DNA of 63,902 bases, the filler included. It is 7 parts of 7 records of this genome, joined end to end, with 100 filler letters (N's around TTAATTAATTAA, not from the genome) between each part and the next. Parts side by side here need not be neighbours in the genome. Positions count along the whole stretch, not along the records: positions 1 to 21,778 come from SRR20825010_1140; positions 21,879 to 30,835 come from SRR20825010_1154; 5 more parts are not named here. One strand, given 5' to 3'. The notes under the pieces are model-generated. The model did not search any database, was not told the DNA's origin, and saw only the letters and a program-made list of their open reading frames with translations. The stretch's first letter is position 1; each line of letters starts with the position of its first letter. Of the stretch, positions 17,672-27,253 are shown piece by piece. Position numbers and translations under genes: made by a program.

Positions 17672-19662
17672 GCTTGCGGTTCTCCGGAAGTATCCAGCGG
17701 TGCCTCGTCGGCCACGGCAACAACCTCGGGAATCTCGACCTCCTCTTCGTCATCTTCTTCGTCCAGCAAGCGGGTGGCTGTGCCTTTCTTCAAGGCTAGC
17801 AACTTGCATGAAACTGTCAGAGTCAGTTCATCCACCTGGTCCAGTTCTACTTCCACCGCCACACCACGGCCAGGCGGTGTAACGCCCACCAAACGCACAA
17901 ACAGAGGAATGTCATCAAGCCGCACCAGTTCGTCTTTCACCACCACACCATCGAACTGTTTGCGACCTTTTTGCTGAATCCAGCGCAGGCACCAATAGCG
18001 CTCCATGCTTTGCTGAAATTCGGCGTAAGCCTTGTAAGTGACATCAAAACTGTTCACCGCGGAAAGCAACTCTGCGTCGGTGGCCGTGTACACGGGTGGC
18101 TCCTGACGCAATACGGAAATAAGCTGTTGCTGGTTCACCAAGTCAACATAACGTCGCAGCGGGGACGTGCTCCATGCGTATTGCGGCACACCCAAACCTG
18201 CGTGTGGCGCGGCATGGGTGGACATCCGCACGCGGCCCATCTGTGGCTGAATTCGATAGATCCCGGTGACCTTGCATTCATCCAGCAAACCACCCCATTC
18301 GCGGTTCACATAAATCATCCACTCTGCGACCAGCAAATCGAGTGGTGCATCGCGGCGGCGGGGCTGAATTTCAACAGTGCCGTCTTCGCTGACATAGAAG
18401 TTGAAATCGATGCGGGTGTGTTTCTCGGGTTGCCCACGAACAATTTCGCGTTCGGTGCGCAACACGCATGAACTTTTCCAAAGCATTTTCAATGCCGGGA
18501 AAAATTCGCCGACCACGTCCAGCTCGTTCAAAGCCGGGTCTTCCAACACTTCCTTCGAAAGAGCTGCATCCAGGTGGTTGTGGCGCAGGTTGGCCGCCAT
18601 GGGCACTTGCTCAATAGCGCTGTAGGGCTCGCTGAGCAGTTCGCCGGTTTCGGTGCTTACTTCCACATAAATACTGACTGACGGCACGGTGCGCCCTTCC
18701 GCCAAGGTGGCCAATTCCACAACCTGATCAGGCAGCATGGTAATTTTGTCACCCGGTGCGTACACCGTGGAAAGCCGTTCGCGGGCCACGCGGTCGTAGG
18801 GGCTGCCGCGCGGAATCAACAGTGCTGGTGCTGCAATGTGCACACCAATGCGGGCGCGGTTGTTGCCCAACCACACCACGCTGAACGCATCGTCAATTTC
18901 CGTGGTTGAAATGTCGTCGATTGAAAATGCACGCACATTGGCCACCGGCAATTCGGCCAGATCAACTGGTACCTGGGGAGGCGGCAAATCAATCTCGGTG
19001 CCCTTCGGGAAATGAATGGCCGAAAAACGGGCACGCATCATTTCATGGACTGATTTAAATGCACCGCACTCAATCAACAGCACATCGGGTGAGCGGCCTG
19101 CGGCCGTGCACGCCAACATCAAGGCCTTGTATTCAGCGCTGTTTTTGTCGGGGCGAACCAGCAAGGTGGCGGCTTGTTTGGCAAAGCCCTCGGGCAATTC
19201 GCGGCGCACCAGTGCATCGGCCCAGGCTTGCTGCTGTTCTGCAGCAAGGCGTTTTTTCTCAAGGCCAGCCAATGCCGCCTGCAAAATTTCAGGCGGGGCT
19301 GCGCGGTACATGCCCTTGCCCTTGCGGTGAAAATGCACCGGCGCTGCATGCAGGGCAGCCAGCGTGGCGGCCTGTTGAACCACGGTGGGCTTTTCACCAA
19401 AATATTCCTGTGCCATCACGGTGAAATCAAACTCGCCTTCAGGCGCACATTCCCACAAAAACTCAACATCCACTTCTTTGGCCAAAGCCTCAACCTGCGT
19501 GTGAAATTCTGCACATTCAAGCGCATCGAACTTCAACATCACACTGTTGGATTTCACCTTCGTGCGCTTGCCATGCAGGGTTTCAACCTGGAAGGCATTG
19601 CCCTGCTCTTGAAGCACGCGGCCCACTTTAAAGGCTCCGGCCTCTTCGTAATACAAATTCAT
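17668..19662 (-). CDS. Ribonuclease II-family (RNB domain) exoribonuclease
   Basis: FSIDDISTTEIDDAFS, VHIA and TSPLRRYVDLVNQ motifs. Start moved to ATG 19662. Confidence 0.92.
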   Translation of the reverse strand: MNLYYEEAGAFKVGRVLQEQGNAFQVETLHGKRTKVKSNSVMLKFDALECAEFHTQVEALAKEVDVEFLWECAPEGEFDFTVMAQEYFGEKPTVVQQAATLAALHAAPVHFHRKGKGMYRAAPPEILQAALAGLEKKRLAAEQQQAWADALVRRELPEGFAKQAATLLVRPDKNSAEYKALMLACTAAGRSPDVLLIECGAFKSVHEMMRARFSAIHFPKGTEIDLPPPQVPVDLAELPVANVRAFSIDDISTTEIDDAFSVVWLGNNRARIGVHIAAPALLIPRGSPYDRVARERLSTVYAPGDKITMLPDQVVELATLAEGRTVPSVSIYVEVSTETGELLSEPYSAIEQVPMAANLRHNHLDAALSKEVLEDPALNELDVVGEFFPALKMLWKSSCVLRTEREIVRGQPEKHTRIDFNFYVSEDGTVEIQPRRRDAPLDLLVAEWMIYVNREWGGLLDECKVTGIYRIQPQMGRVRMSTHAAPHAGLGVPQYAWSTSPLRRYVDLVNQQQLISVLRQEPPVYTATDAELLSAVNSFDVTYKAYAEFQQSMERYWCLRWIQQKGRKQFDGVVVKDELVRLDDIPLFVRLVGVTPPGRGVAVEVELDQVDELTLTVSCKLLALKKGTATRLLDEEDDEEEVEIPEVVAVADEAPLDTSGEPQA

Positions 19663-19670
19663 CAACAGTC

Positions 19671-20234
19671 CTAAAGGTAGTTCTGAAGTTGGGGCAGGAA
19701 CACTTCCATCACCCACAACGGCGTTCTTTCGGGCTTGCGCGAAAACCGCGCACAGCGGGCATACCAAACCCGGCCTTGCCCAATCTTGTTCATTTCAATT
19801 CGCAACCGGGGATCAAGCAGTTGCCAAACCCACGCCTGCCGCAAGGGCAAACGCGCAAAATACAGTTCACCGCGTTTGACCTGCGGATCGGAAAACAGCA
19901 CCGACCCCAGCGAGCGCGTGCCCAAGCCCCGCCAAAAATGCCAGTCATTCACAGGGCCGTCCATTTTGACCAAGGTTTGCGCCAGCACCACGGGGGCATT
20001 GCCCACATGCAGGCGCACCAGCCGCTGCCGCATCATTTGGCCCCTCAAGCTTTGTCCACTGAAGCCTGGCCCGTGCTTTACCAGTGCCTTGCCCTGCACA
20101 ACAGGCTCTACTTTAAACCCCTTGTTCAAGCGCACCAAACGCCGCGTTAGCGAACCCTGCGTGCCAGCCCAATTGCGGGCCCAAGCGGGCCAACTTGGCG
20201 GGCAATGCGGGGTCCACACCACTGGACCACTCAT
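19671..20234 (-). CDS. ubiC: Chorismate lyase (UbiC-like)
   Basis: GSLTRRL, R.VRL, LGTRSLGSVLF and EVFLP motifs. Confidence 0.8.
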   Translation of the reverse strand: MSGPVVWTPHCPPSWPAWARNWAGTQGSLTRRLVRLNKGFKVEPVVQGKALVKHGPGFSGQSLRGQMMRQRLVRLHVGNAPVVLAQTLVKMDGPVNDWHFWRGLGTRSLGSVLFSDPQVKRGELYFARLPLRQAWVWQLLDPRLRIEMNKIGQGRVWYARCARFSRKPERTPLWVMEVFLPQLQNYL

Positions 20235-20875
20235 TGCAGGCCCACTGCCAGCTTAACAAAGGGCAATACTTCATCAAAATCGCTCAAAGCGTGGTCGGAA
20301 CCCAGCAAATGCAACTGATGCGCCCCTTGGTAACGCGTCAGCATGGTGTCACAACTCAGCACCTCATCGTCGCGGGCGGCCACCAAAAAGTAACGTTCAG
20401 GATAGATCAGGCTGCTTCGCTCCATGGCCTTTAGATCGTCCAGGTAAGCGGGCACAAACTCAATTTCTTCATCCGAGAAGTAAACTTTTTTCCTGCCAAT
20501 TTGATCTTGCAAATCGTCATAGGGCTTAATGGCCGGGTTCAGCAGCACTACATTGGACTGGGTGTGTTGCTCACCCAGTACCGTGGCATAAAAACCGCCC
20601 AACGAACTTCCAATAAAGGTCAATGACATGCCCGGATTGCTTTGCAGCCGCGCGTCCACCTGCTGCTCAATCAAAGCCAGCGCTTGCGCCGGCGATGCGG
20701 GCAGATCAGGCACCCACAAATGGCTGCTGAAACCAGCCTGATCAAACACATCAATCATTTTCTGTGCTTTCACGGATTTGGACGATGAGCGAAATCCATG
20801 CAGATACACCACCAGGTCGGCCACGCCACCTGCGCGCGCAAATCTGCCGGGGCTGTTGAGTGTGAACGGTGTCAA
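20231..20875 (-). CDS. YqiA/YcfP family alpha/beta esterase
   Basis: YLHGFRSS, IGSSLGGFYA, LLNPA, DEVL and GSDH motifs; TTG start overlaps the mpl stop. Confidence 0.9.
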   Translation of the reverse strand: MTPFTLNSPGRFARAGGVADLVVYLHGFRSSSKSVKAQKMIDVFDQAGFSSHLWVPDLPASPAQALALIEQQVDARLQSNPGMSLTFIGSSLGGFYATVLGEQHTQSNVVLLNPAIKPYDDLQDQIGRKKVYFSDEEIEFVPAYLDDLKAMERSSLIYPERYFLVAARDDEVLSCDTMLTRYQGAHQLHLLGSDHALSDFDEVLPFVKLAVGLQ

Positions 20876-21778
20876 ACAGGTGCCCCCGTTGCGTGCGCCA
20901 GTGCGTCGATCAATTTCTGGTGAATGCCGCCAAAAGAACCATTGCTCATGGCCACAACCCAATCACCGGGTTTCGCCTGCGCCACCACATGGTCAATTAC
21001 ATCGTTCAAATTGTCGCTGGTGAAAAGGCGTTCGCCCACATTGCCCAGCGTGTCGCGCACATTCCATTGAATGCCGGCGGTGTAGCACACCACCGCTTGC
21101 GCTTCGTCAAACGAAGCTGGCAGGGCTTGCGCAAGGGTGCCCATTTTCATGGTGTTGGAACGGGGCTCAAACAGCGCGATCAAACGGCCAGGAGGCTTGC
21201 CCTCTGCCGCAGCAATTTCTGCCATTCGGGCTTTCGCGCCCTCCAGCGTGGTGGCAATGGCTGTGGGGTGGTGCGCAAAATCGTCGTACACCTTGACCCC
21301 CGCGGCTTCGCCGCGCAACTCCATGCGACGCTTCACACCGGGAAATTCACTTAAGGCCTTGCAGGCGTCGGCCACCTTCACGCCCACCGCCTGCGCCGCA
21401 GCCACCACAGCAAGTGCATTGTTCACATTGTGCAGGCCCGACCAATTCCAATCCACCAGGCCTTTCACTTCGCCTTTGTTCAACACTTCAAACCGGGATG
21501 CGCCCAACACATTGGCTTGCCAAGGCGCCTCAGCGCCATCGGCTGAAAACCGCTCAACCGGGGTCCAGCAACCACGCTTTAGCACCCGTTCCAGCGAATC
21601 CGTGTTGGCCGGGCAAACAACCCGCCCTTCGGAGGGCACTGTGCGCACCAAGTGGTGAAACTGGGTTTCAATGGCAGCAAGGTCCGGAAAAATATCCGCG
21701 TGGTCGAACTCGAGATTGTTCAAAATCGCCACCATTGGGCGGTAATGCACAAACTTCGAACGTTTGTCGAAAAACGCG
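20872..21778 (-). CDS. mpl: UDP-MurNAc:L-Ala-gamma-D-Glu-meso-DAP ligase (5' truncated by contig end)
   Basis: LNNLEFDHADIF, DDFAHHPTAI, EPRSNTM and MSNGSFGGIH motifs. Confidence 0.95.
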
Positions 21779-21878
21779 NNNNNNNNNNNNNNNNNNNNNN
21801 NNNNNNNNNNNNNNNNNNNNNNTTAATTAATTAANNNNNNNNNNNNNNNNNNNNNNNNNNNNNNNNNNNNNNNNNNNN
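21779..21878. other. Artificial contig spacer (N44-TTAATTAATTAA-N44)
   Basis: 100 bp with a linker giving stops in all six frames; genes on both sides are truncated. Confidence 0.99.
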
Positions 21879-22760
21879 GGTATACGGACAGTCCTGCGCG
21901 CCGCCGAGCACGGCGGTGTAGCCGCGGTGACCAAGCTGGTAGATGTTGTTTTCGACCGACCAGTGCTTGCGCGCCTCGCGCACGAGGTCGGGGCGCACCT
22001 CGGCGGTGATGATCTCGTCGACCCTGCCGGATGTGCCATGCGCCAGCACCGAGCCGTCGAAATTGACGATCATCCCCTCCCCCATGGAATCAAAGGTGCC
22101 GTCCGAGCCGCACATGCAGACATTGGCGGTGACCATCAGGTTGCTGAACGAGTTGGACAGGTTGGTGAAGCGCCAGCTGTCGCGGATCGGCGCGGTGTAG
22201 CCTGCCGTCCTGAGCATGATCTCGGCACCCTTGTAGGCGCATTCCCGCGCCATTTCGGGGAACATGCCGTCGTGGCAGATGATGAGCGCCAGCTTGCAGC
22301 CTTTCGGCCCGTCGATCACCGGAATGCCGAGATCGCCTGGTTCCCAAGGCTCGACCGGAACCCAGGGGTGGAGCTTGCGGTAGTAAAGCTTCACCTCGCC
22401 CTGGTCATCGATCACGATGCCGGTGTTGTAGGGATTGCCGCCGGGATTGTATTCCATGATCGAGAAGCAGCCCCAGATCGAATTGTCGATACAGGCCTGC
22501 TTGAAGGCTGCGACCTCGGGTCCATCCATCGACACCATGATCTCCGGATTGGTGTCCATCGACAGGCCGTGGAGCGCATACTCGGGAAAAACCACCAGAT
22601 CCATCGTCGCCATGTTGCGCCGCGCCTTGCCGACCATCGCGACAATCTTCTCGGTCTGCCGGGCCAGATCGTGCCGGGTCTTGATCAAGGGCAGTTGCAG
22701 CTGCACGACACCGATGACGACGCCGTTGGGAGTCTTGTTCAATCCGCCAAGTGCGCTCAT
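21879..22760 (-). CDS. amiF: Formamidase, nitrilase superfamily (3' truncated)
   Basis: MSALGGLNKTPNGVVIG, FPEYALHGLSM, YYRKLHPWVPVEPWEPG and ICHDGMFPEMARECAYKGAE. Real start ATG 22760 with GGAG RBS. Confidence 0.9.
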
Positions 22761-22771
22761 GCTTTCGTCTC

Positions 22772-23689
22772 CTATTTCGCGATGGAAAGTTCGCCCGGCG
22801 CCGCGCGGGCAGAGTTGCGTCCGGTTGCGGCGACCATGATGAAAAGCGTCAGGATGTAGGGCGCCGCGTTGAAGAAGTAGTAGCCCTGGCTGATGCCCAC
22901 CGATTGCAACGCGGGACCCAGCGCACCGGCGGCGCCGAACAGAAGCGCTGCGAGAATGCAGCGCAGCGGATTCCAGCGGGCGAAGATCACCAGCGCGACG
23001 GCCATCAGCCCCTGCCCCGAGGACAGGCCCTCGTTCCAGCTTCCCGGATAGGAAAGCGACAGGAACGCCCCGCCGATACCTGCGAGAAAACCGCCTGCAG
23101 CTGTCGCGAGAATCCGTACCTTGATCGGGTTGATGCCCATGGCGCGGGCGGCGGGCTCGGAATCGCCGGTCATGCGGATCACAAGCCCAATGCGGGTGTT
23201 GGCCAGCGCCCACCACATGACAATCGCGATCAGGATGCCGACGATGAACAGCGGGTTGATTTCGAGCGCCTGCTCAAGGGCAGAATTGGAAGACCAGCCG
23301 CCAAGCGGCAGGCTTTCGAGCCGGGGGGCGGAGGGCTGAATGTAGGGCTTGCCGAAGAAGAAGGCGACACCGATGCCGAACGACATCATGGCAATGCCGA
23401 CGGCAATGTCATTGACCTTCTTGAGGCTGCAGATGATGCCATGCATCAGGCCGAGAAAGACGCCGGAGAAGCCGGCGGCCAGAACGCCGAGCCAGGGCGA
23501 GCCGGTGTGAAAGGAAATGGCGTAGGCAACCATGGCGCCAAGCACCAGATTGCCCTCCAGCCCCAGATTGATGCGGCCCGATTTCTCGGTCAGCGTCTCG
23601 CCCAGCGCCACGAAAATGAACGGGGTCGAGACCCGGATGGCACCGCCCAGCATGGCAATCAGGATGGTGGTAAGAGCTTCGGCCGTCAT
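22772..23689 (-). CDS. ABC transporter permease (nucleoside/purine type)
   Basis: EKSGRINLGLEG, GQGLMAVALVIFARWNP and PYILTL motifs. Confidence 0.92.
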   Translation of the reverse strand: MTAEALTTILIAMLGGAIRVSTPFIFVALGETLTEKSGRINLGLEGNLVLGAMVAYAISFHTGSPWLGVLAAGFSGVFLGLMHGIICSLKKVNDIAVGIAMMSFGIGVAFFFGKPYIQPSAPRLESLPLGGWSSNSALEQALEINPLFIVGILIAIVMWWALANTRIGLVIRMTGDSEPAARAMGINPIKVRILATAAGGFLAGIGGAFLSLSYPGSWNEGLSSGQGLMAVALVIFARWNPLRCILAALLFGAAGALGPALQSVGISQGYYFFNAAPYILTLFIMVAATGRNSARAAPGELSIAK

Positions 23690-24795
23690 GTCCGCTCCGT
23701 GCTGATTTTTGGCTGGAAGATGGCGAAGCGGCCGTAGAGGCTGTCGCTGGCCAGCAGCACCACAAAGATGATCCCCTGCAGCACCAGCGCCGTGGCGTCA
23801 GGCATGTCCATCCGGCGCTGGATCAGCCCGCCCGAGGCTTCGATGGCGCCGAACATGATTGCCACCGGCACGATCATCAGCGGATTGTGCCGCGCCAGAA
23901 ACGCCACTAGGATGCCGGTGAAGCCGTAGCCTGCGACCAGCGAGGCGTTGGCCTGCCCGTGAATGGCGGCGACTTCGAAATAGCCGGCGAGACCGGCGCA
24001 GGCGCCGGCGATGACCGAGCAGACGACAATCAGTGAGCCAACCGGCAGCCCCTGGGCGAGCGCCGCACGGGGATTGCCGCCGGTGACGCGGGCGGCAAAC
24101 CCGAAGGTGGTCCGCGACATCAGGATCTGCAGGGCCACGGCCAGCACCAGGCCGAAGACCAGGCCCCAATGCACATCGGTGCCGGGGATATTGCCGACCA
24201 TGTAGTCCTTGCCGATCGGCATGGTGGAGGGCTTGTTCTGGGATGCCGGGTCGCGCAGCGCGCCCTCGACGAAGAAGTTCATGATGGCGATCGCAATGTA
24301 GGTCAGAAGCAGCGTCGAGATGGTTTCGTTGACGCCGCGGCTGTGCTTGAGCCAGCCGGCAATGGCGTTCCAGGCGCCGCCGGCGGCCATGGCAACGAGC
24401 ACCATGAGCAGCATCGTCAGAGCGACCGGCGCCTCGGCCGAGACGAGCGGGATTGCCAGCGCCGCAGCGGCAAATCCACCGATCACCAGTGCGCCTTCGG
24501 CACCGATCATGACCAGACCGATACGAGCAGGAATGGCGAAGGCAAGTCCGGTCAGGATCAGCGGCGCCGCACGCTGCAGAGTGTTCTGGAAAGAAAACGA
24601 GGTACCGAAGCCGCCGCGCCAGACCAGTTCGAAAAACTGGGCGGGGCTCTTTCCCAACAGCGTCAGGAAAAGCGAAAAGATGATGGCCGATGCAATCAGG
24701 GCTCCGAGCGGTATGGCTACCGCCTCGATCGAGGCGCGGATGCGGGCAGTATCATAGGCGGGAGGTGTGGCGAACGACGTCTCTGCTTGTGCCAT
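23686..24795 (-). CDS. ABC transporter permease (nucleoside/purine type)
   Basis: IGAEG, GVNETISTLLL and GYGFTGILVAFLARHNP motifs. Confidence 0.92.
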   Translation of the reverse strand: MAQAETSFATPPAYDTARIRASIEAVAIPLGALIASAIIFSLFLTLLGKSPAQFFELVWRGGFGTSFSFQNTLQRAAPLILTGLAFAIPARIGLVMIGAEGALVIGGFAAAALAIPLVSAEAPVALTMLLMVLVAMAAGGAWNAIAGWLKHSRGVNETISTLLLTYIAIAIMNFFVEGALRDPASQNKPSTMPIGKDYMVGNIPGTDVHWGLVFGLVLAVALQILMSRTTFGFAARVTGGNPRAALAQGLPVGSLIVVCSVIAGACAGLAGYFEVAAIHGQANASLVAGYGFTGILVAFLARHNPLMIVPVAIMFGAIEASGGLIQRRMDMPDATALVLQGIIFVVLLASDSLYGRFAIFQPKISTERT

Positions 24796-24868
24796 GACTG
24801 ATCACGATCATTCTCAAAGGCAAACAAATCGGGCCGCGCGGGATCTCTCCGCGCAGCCCGGCGACAGG

Positions 24869-25984
24869 TCAGGTGATCGAGCCGATCACACCTTCGAGCA
24901 GGTAGCCCATGCCATCGAGCTCCGGATCGTAATTGTCGTAGCTCTTGTCGATCACCAGATTGCCCTTGTTGTCCTTGAGCGGGCCGACATAGATCGGCTT
25001 GCCTTCCTTCAGGCCGGCGATCGCCGCGTCGGCTGCCGCGATGGCCTCCGGCGTTGCGCCGGCGCCGTAGGCGGTGTTCCTGACCATGTCGTTGTGGTAG
25101 CCGCCGACAACCACATTCGGCAGGGTTTCACCCTTGCCCAGCATCTCGGCATACATCGAGTAGATGGTTTCCCACTTGTACTCCGCGCCGGTGATGAAGC
25201 CCTTGGGCGCAAGTGCTGCCTGCGACGCATTGTGACCACAGCTCTTGACGCCGCGGCCCTCAGCCGTCTCGATGACCACCTTGGGGCCGTCGACATGACA
25301 GGTGAGCACGTCACAGCCTGCATCCACAAGCGCGTTGGCGGCTTCGGCCTCGCGCACCGGCAACGACCAGTCGCCGGTGAAGATGACCTGCACCTCGGCA
25401 TTCGGATTGACCGAACGTGCGCCAAGCAGGACCGAGTTGATGTTGGAGAGCACGGTCGGGATCGGCTTGGCCGCGACAAAGCCGATCTTATTGGACGTGG
25501 TGCTGAGGCCTGCGGCCACACCATCCACATAGTGCGCCTGGTTGAGGTAGCAGAAATAGCTGCCCAGGTTGGCCGGGTGCTTGTCCTTGTTCCACAAGGG
25601 GGCCGCGTGGCGGAACTGGACGTCGGGGTACTTGCTGGCGAGATCGACCATGAACGGATCGAAATAGCCGAACGAGGTTCCGAGGATCAGGTTCGCCCCG
25701 TCAAGGTTGATCATCGATTCCATCGATTTGGAGACGGAATCTGTCTCGGGAACGTTTTCTTCCTCGATGACGGTGACATTGTCGGTCTTTTTGAGGATTT
25801 CCATCGCGACCGCGTGCGCCTGGTTCCAGCCGAAATCATCGCGCGGACCGACATAGACCGCACCGAGCACCACGCTGTCGGCGGCGGATGCAGTCTTGAT
25901 GAAAGGCATCGGCAGCGCCATCGCCGCGATGCCGGCGGCGCCGGTCTTCAAGATCGAACGCCGTGAAATCTGTCTTGTAGCCAT
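24869..25984 (-). CDS. BMP-family ABC substrate-binding protein with Tat signal
   Basis: SRRSILK twin-arginine signal; YVGPRDDFGWNQAH and GTSFGY BMP motifs. Confidence 0.92.
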   Translation of the reverse strand: MATRQISRRSILKTGAAGIAAMALPMPFIKTASAADSVVLGAVYVGPRDDFGWNQAHAVAMEILKKTDNVTVIEEENVPETDSVSKSMESMINLDGANLILGTSFGYFDPFMVDLASKYPDVQFRHAAPLWNKDKHPANLGSYFCYLNQAHYVDGVAAGLSTTSNKIGFVAAKPIPTVLSNINSVLLGARSVNPNAEVQVIFTGDWSLPVREAEAANALVDAGCDVLTCHVDGPKVVIETAEGRGVKSCGHNASQAALAPKGFITGAEYKWETIYSMYAEMLGKGETLPNVVVGGYHNDMVRNTAYGAGATPEAIAAADAAIAGLKEGKPIYVGPLKDNKGNLVIDKSYDNYDPELDGMGYLLEGVIGSIT

Positions 25985-26058
25985 GTCCAGTTCCTTTGCT
26001 GGCTTTGCGAACCCCTGCTATGGCCGGATCTGGAGAGACACCCGGCTGTTGGAAGTTT

Positions 26059-26074
26059 TGCAAGAGACGTGCCA
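26059..26074 (-). promoter_or_regulatory. Sigma54 (-24/-12) promoter of the ABC-formamidase operon
   Basis: TGGCAC-GTCTC-TTGCA, a perfect consensus match 75 nt upstream of the BMP start. Confidence 0.85.
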
Positions 26075-26198
26075 GTTCGGCGGCAACATTTTTTCTCAAT
26101 CTTTACAAAGAGATGTGGAACTGCATCGGGACATGGAAGAACCACCGAGAGCAGAATCCAGGCAGCCGGAGGTGAAAATATGAACAAAACATTAATTG

Positions 26199-26215
26199 CG
26201 CTTGTTTTTTAGGCA
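26199..26215. promoter_or_regulatory. Putative NtrC-like enhancer site
   Basis: CGCTTGTTTTTTAGGCA (GC-N11-GC with A/T-rich core), about 125-140 bp upstream of the sigma54 element. Confidence 0.4.
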
Positions 26216-26281
26216 GTTTGTTATCGATTGCATACAATAATAATATCGAAGGTTTCCGACCTGCGAGTTTGCGGGCTCCCG

Positions 26282-27244
26282 TCAGGCCAGACCGCTCGCC
26301 TTGTAGGTCGGGTTCAACCGGCTCTCCAGGTAGTCATCGCCACGGATGGGCGCGTAGCGCGCCGGGTTGCCAGGTCCGCTGCAGGTCGGCAGGCATTCGA
26401 CGATCGCCTCCGGGTTCGGATCGAGGAAGAACGCGATCGAGTAGCGTTCGCGGCCCGCCGGGCTTAAGACCCGGTGCGGTGTCGAGACATAGGTATCGTT
26501 GGTCCATCGCATCAGGCAATCGCCGATGTTGCAGACGAACGCGCCCGGAATGTAGGGCGCCTTGATCCAGTCACCGGATCGCGTACGAACCTCAAGGCCG
26601 CCGACTTCATCGGTCAGAAGCAGCGTCACGCAGCCGTAATCGGTGTGCGCGCCCGCGCCCATCTGCCCATCTTCAACCTCCCCCGGCTGGGCTGGATAGT
26701 GCAGCAGCCGCAGCGTGGCGAGCGGACGGTCGAGCTTGTCCTCGAAGTGATCCCGTTCCAAACCGAGATCGGCGGCGAATGCCATGTGCAGGCGGCGGCC
26801 GATGTCGAGCGCGGTGTCGAAGTAATCGAGCATGGCCTCGCGGAAGCCCGGCTGCTCCGGCCAGAGATTGAGAGCGCGGAAACGGGCGCCCGCGGCAAGC
26901 TCCGGATCGTCGGCGCCCAGCTCGAGGCCGATGTTGAAGGCTTCTTTCAGGTCCGCCGGCTTGGAGGGATCGAGCGCCTCGCCGCGCATCGGCACATAGC
27001 CGCGATTGCCGGTGGCGGGCGAAATCTCGACCTGCTTCTTCACGTCTTCGGCAAGCGCGAAGAACTCGTGAGAGGTTGCAAACAGGGCTGCGATGTCCTC
27101 AAGCGAAAGGCCGTGACCCTTGATGTAGAAGAAGCCGATACCGCGGCAGGCGTCACCGATCAGGGACGCCGTCCTGGCGATCTCGAGCTTGTCCGAGCCG
27201 TAGAGGCTCTTGATGTCAATGACTGGAATGTTCTGGTCCGACAT
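26282..27244 (-). CDS. 2-oxoglutarate/Fe(II) dioxygenase, isopenicillin N synthase-like family
   Basis: IPVIDI...ACRGIGFFYI (DIOX_N), HTDYG...HRV facial triad and RYSIAFF. Confidence 0.93.
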   Translation of the reverse strand: MSDQNIPVIDIKSLYGSDKLEIARTASLIGDACRGIGFFYIKGHGLSLEDIAALFATSHEFFALAEDVKKQVEISPATGNRGYVPMRGEALDPSKPADLKEAFNIGLELGADDPELAAGARFRALNLWPEQPGFREAMLDYFDTALDIGRRLHMAFAADLGLERDHFEDKLDRPLATLRLLHYPAQPGEVEDGQMGAGAHTDYGCVTLLLTDEVGGLEVRTRSGDWIKAPYIPGAFVCNIGDCLMRWTNDTYVSTPHRVLSPAGRERYSIAFFLDPNPEAIVECLPTCSGPGNPARYAPIRGDDYLESRLNPTYKASGLA

Positions 27245-27253
27245 GGATTTTCC

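Noticed and set aside
17735-17765. Acidic low-complexity tail (DEEDDEEEVE) of the RNB protein
   Set aside because: Ordinary disordered C-terminus, not a separate element.
21823-21834. Repeated TTAATTAATTAA motif as a biological repeat or CRISPR
   Set aside because: Always embedded in N runs of identical length; it is an assembly linker.
22761-23216. 461-aa ORF suggesting an N-terminal fusion to formamidase
   Set aside because: The extension overlaps the permease gene in another frame; the true start is ATG 22760 with an RBS.
22772-25984. ABC operon lacking an ATPase gene
   Set aside because: The operon is cut by the contig end inside formamidase, so the ATPase may lie downstream.
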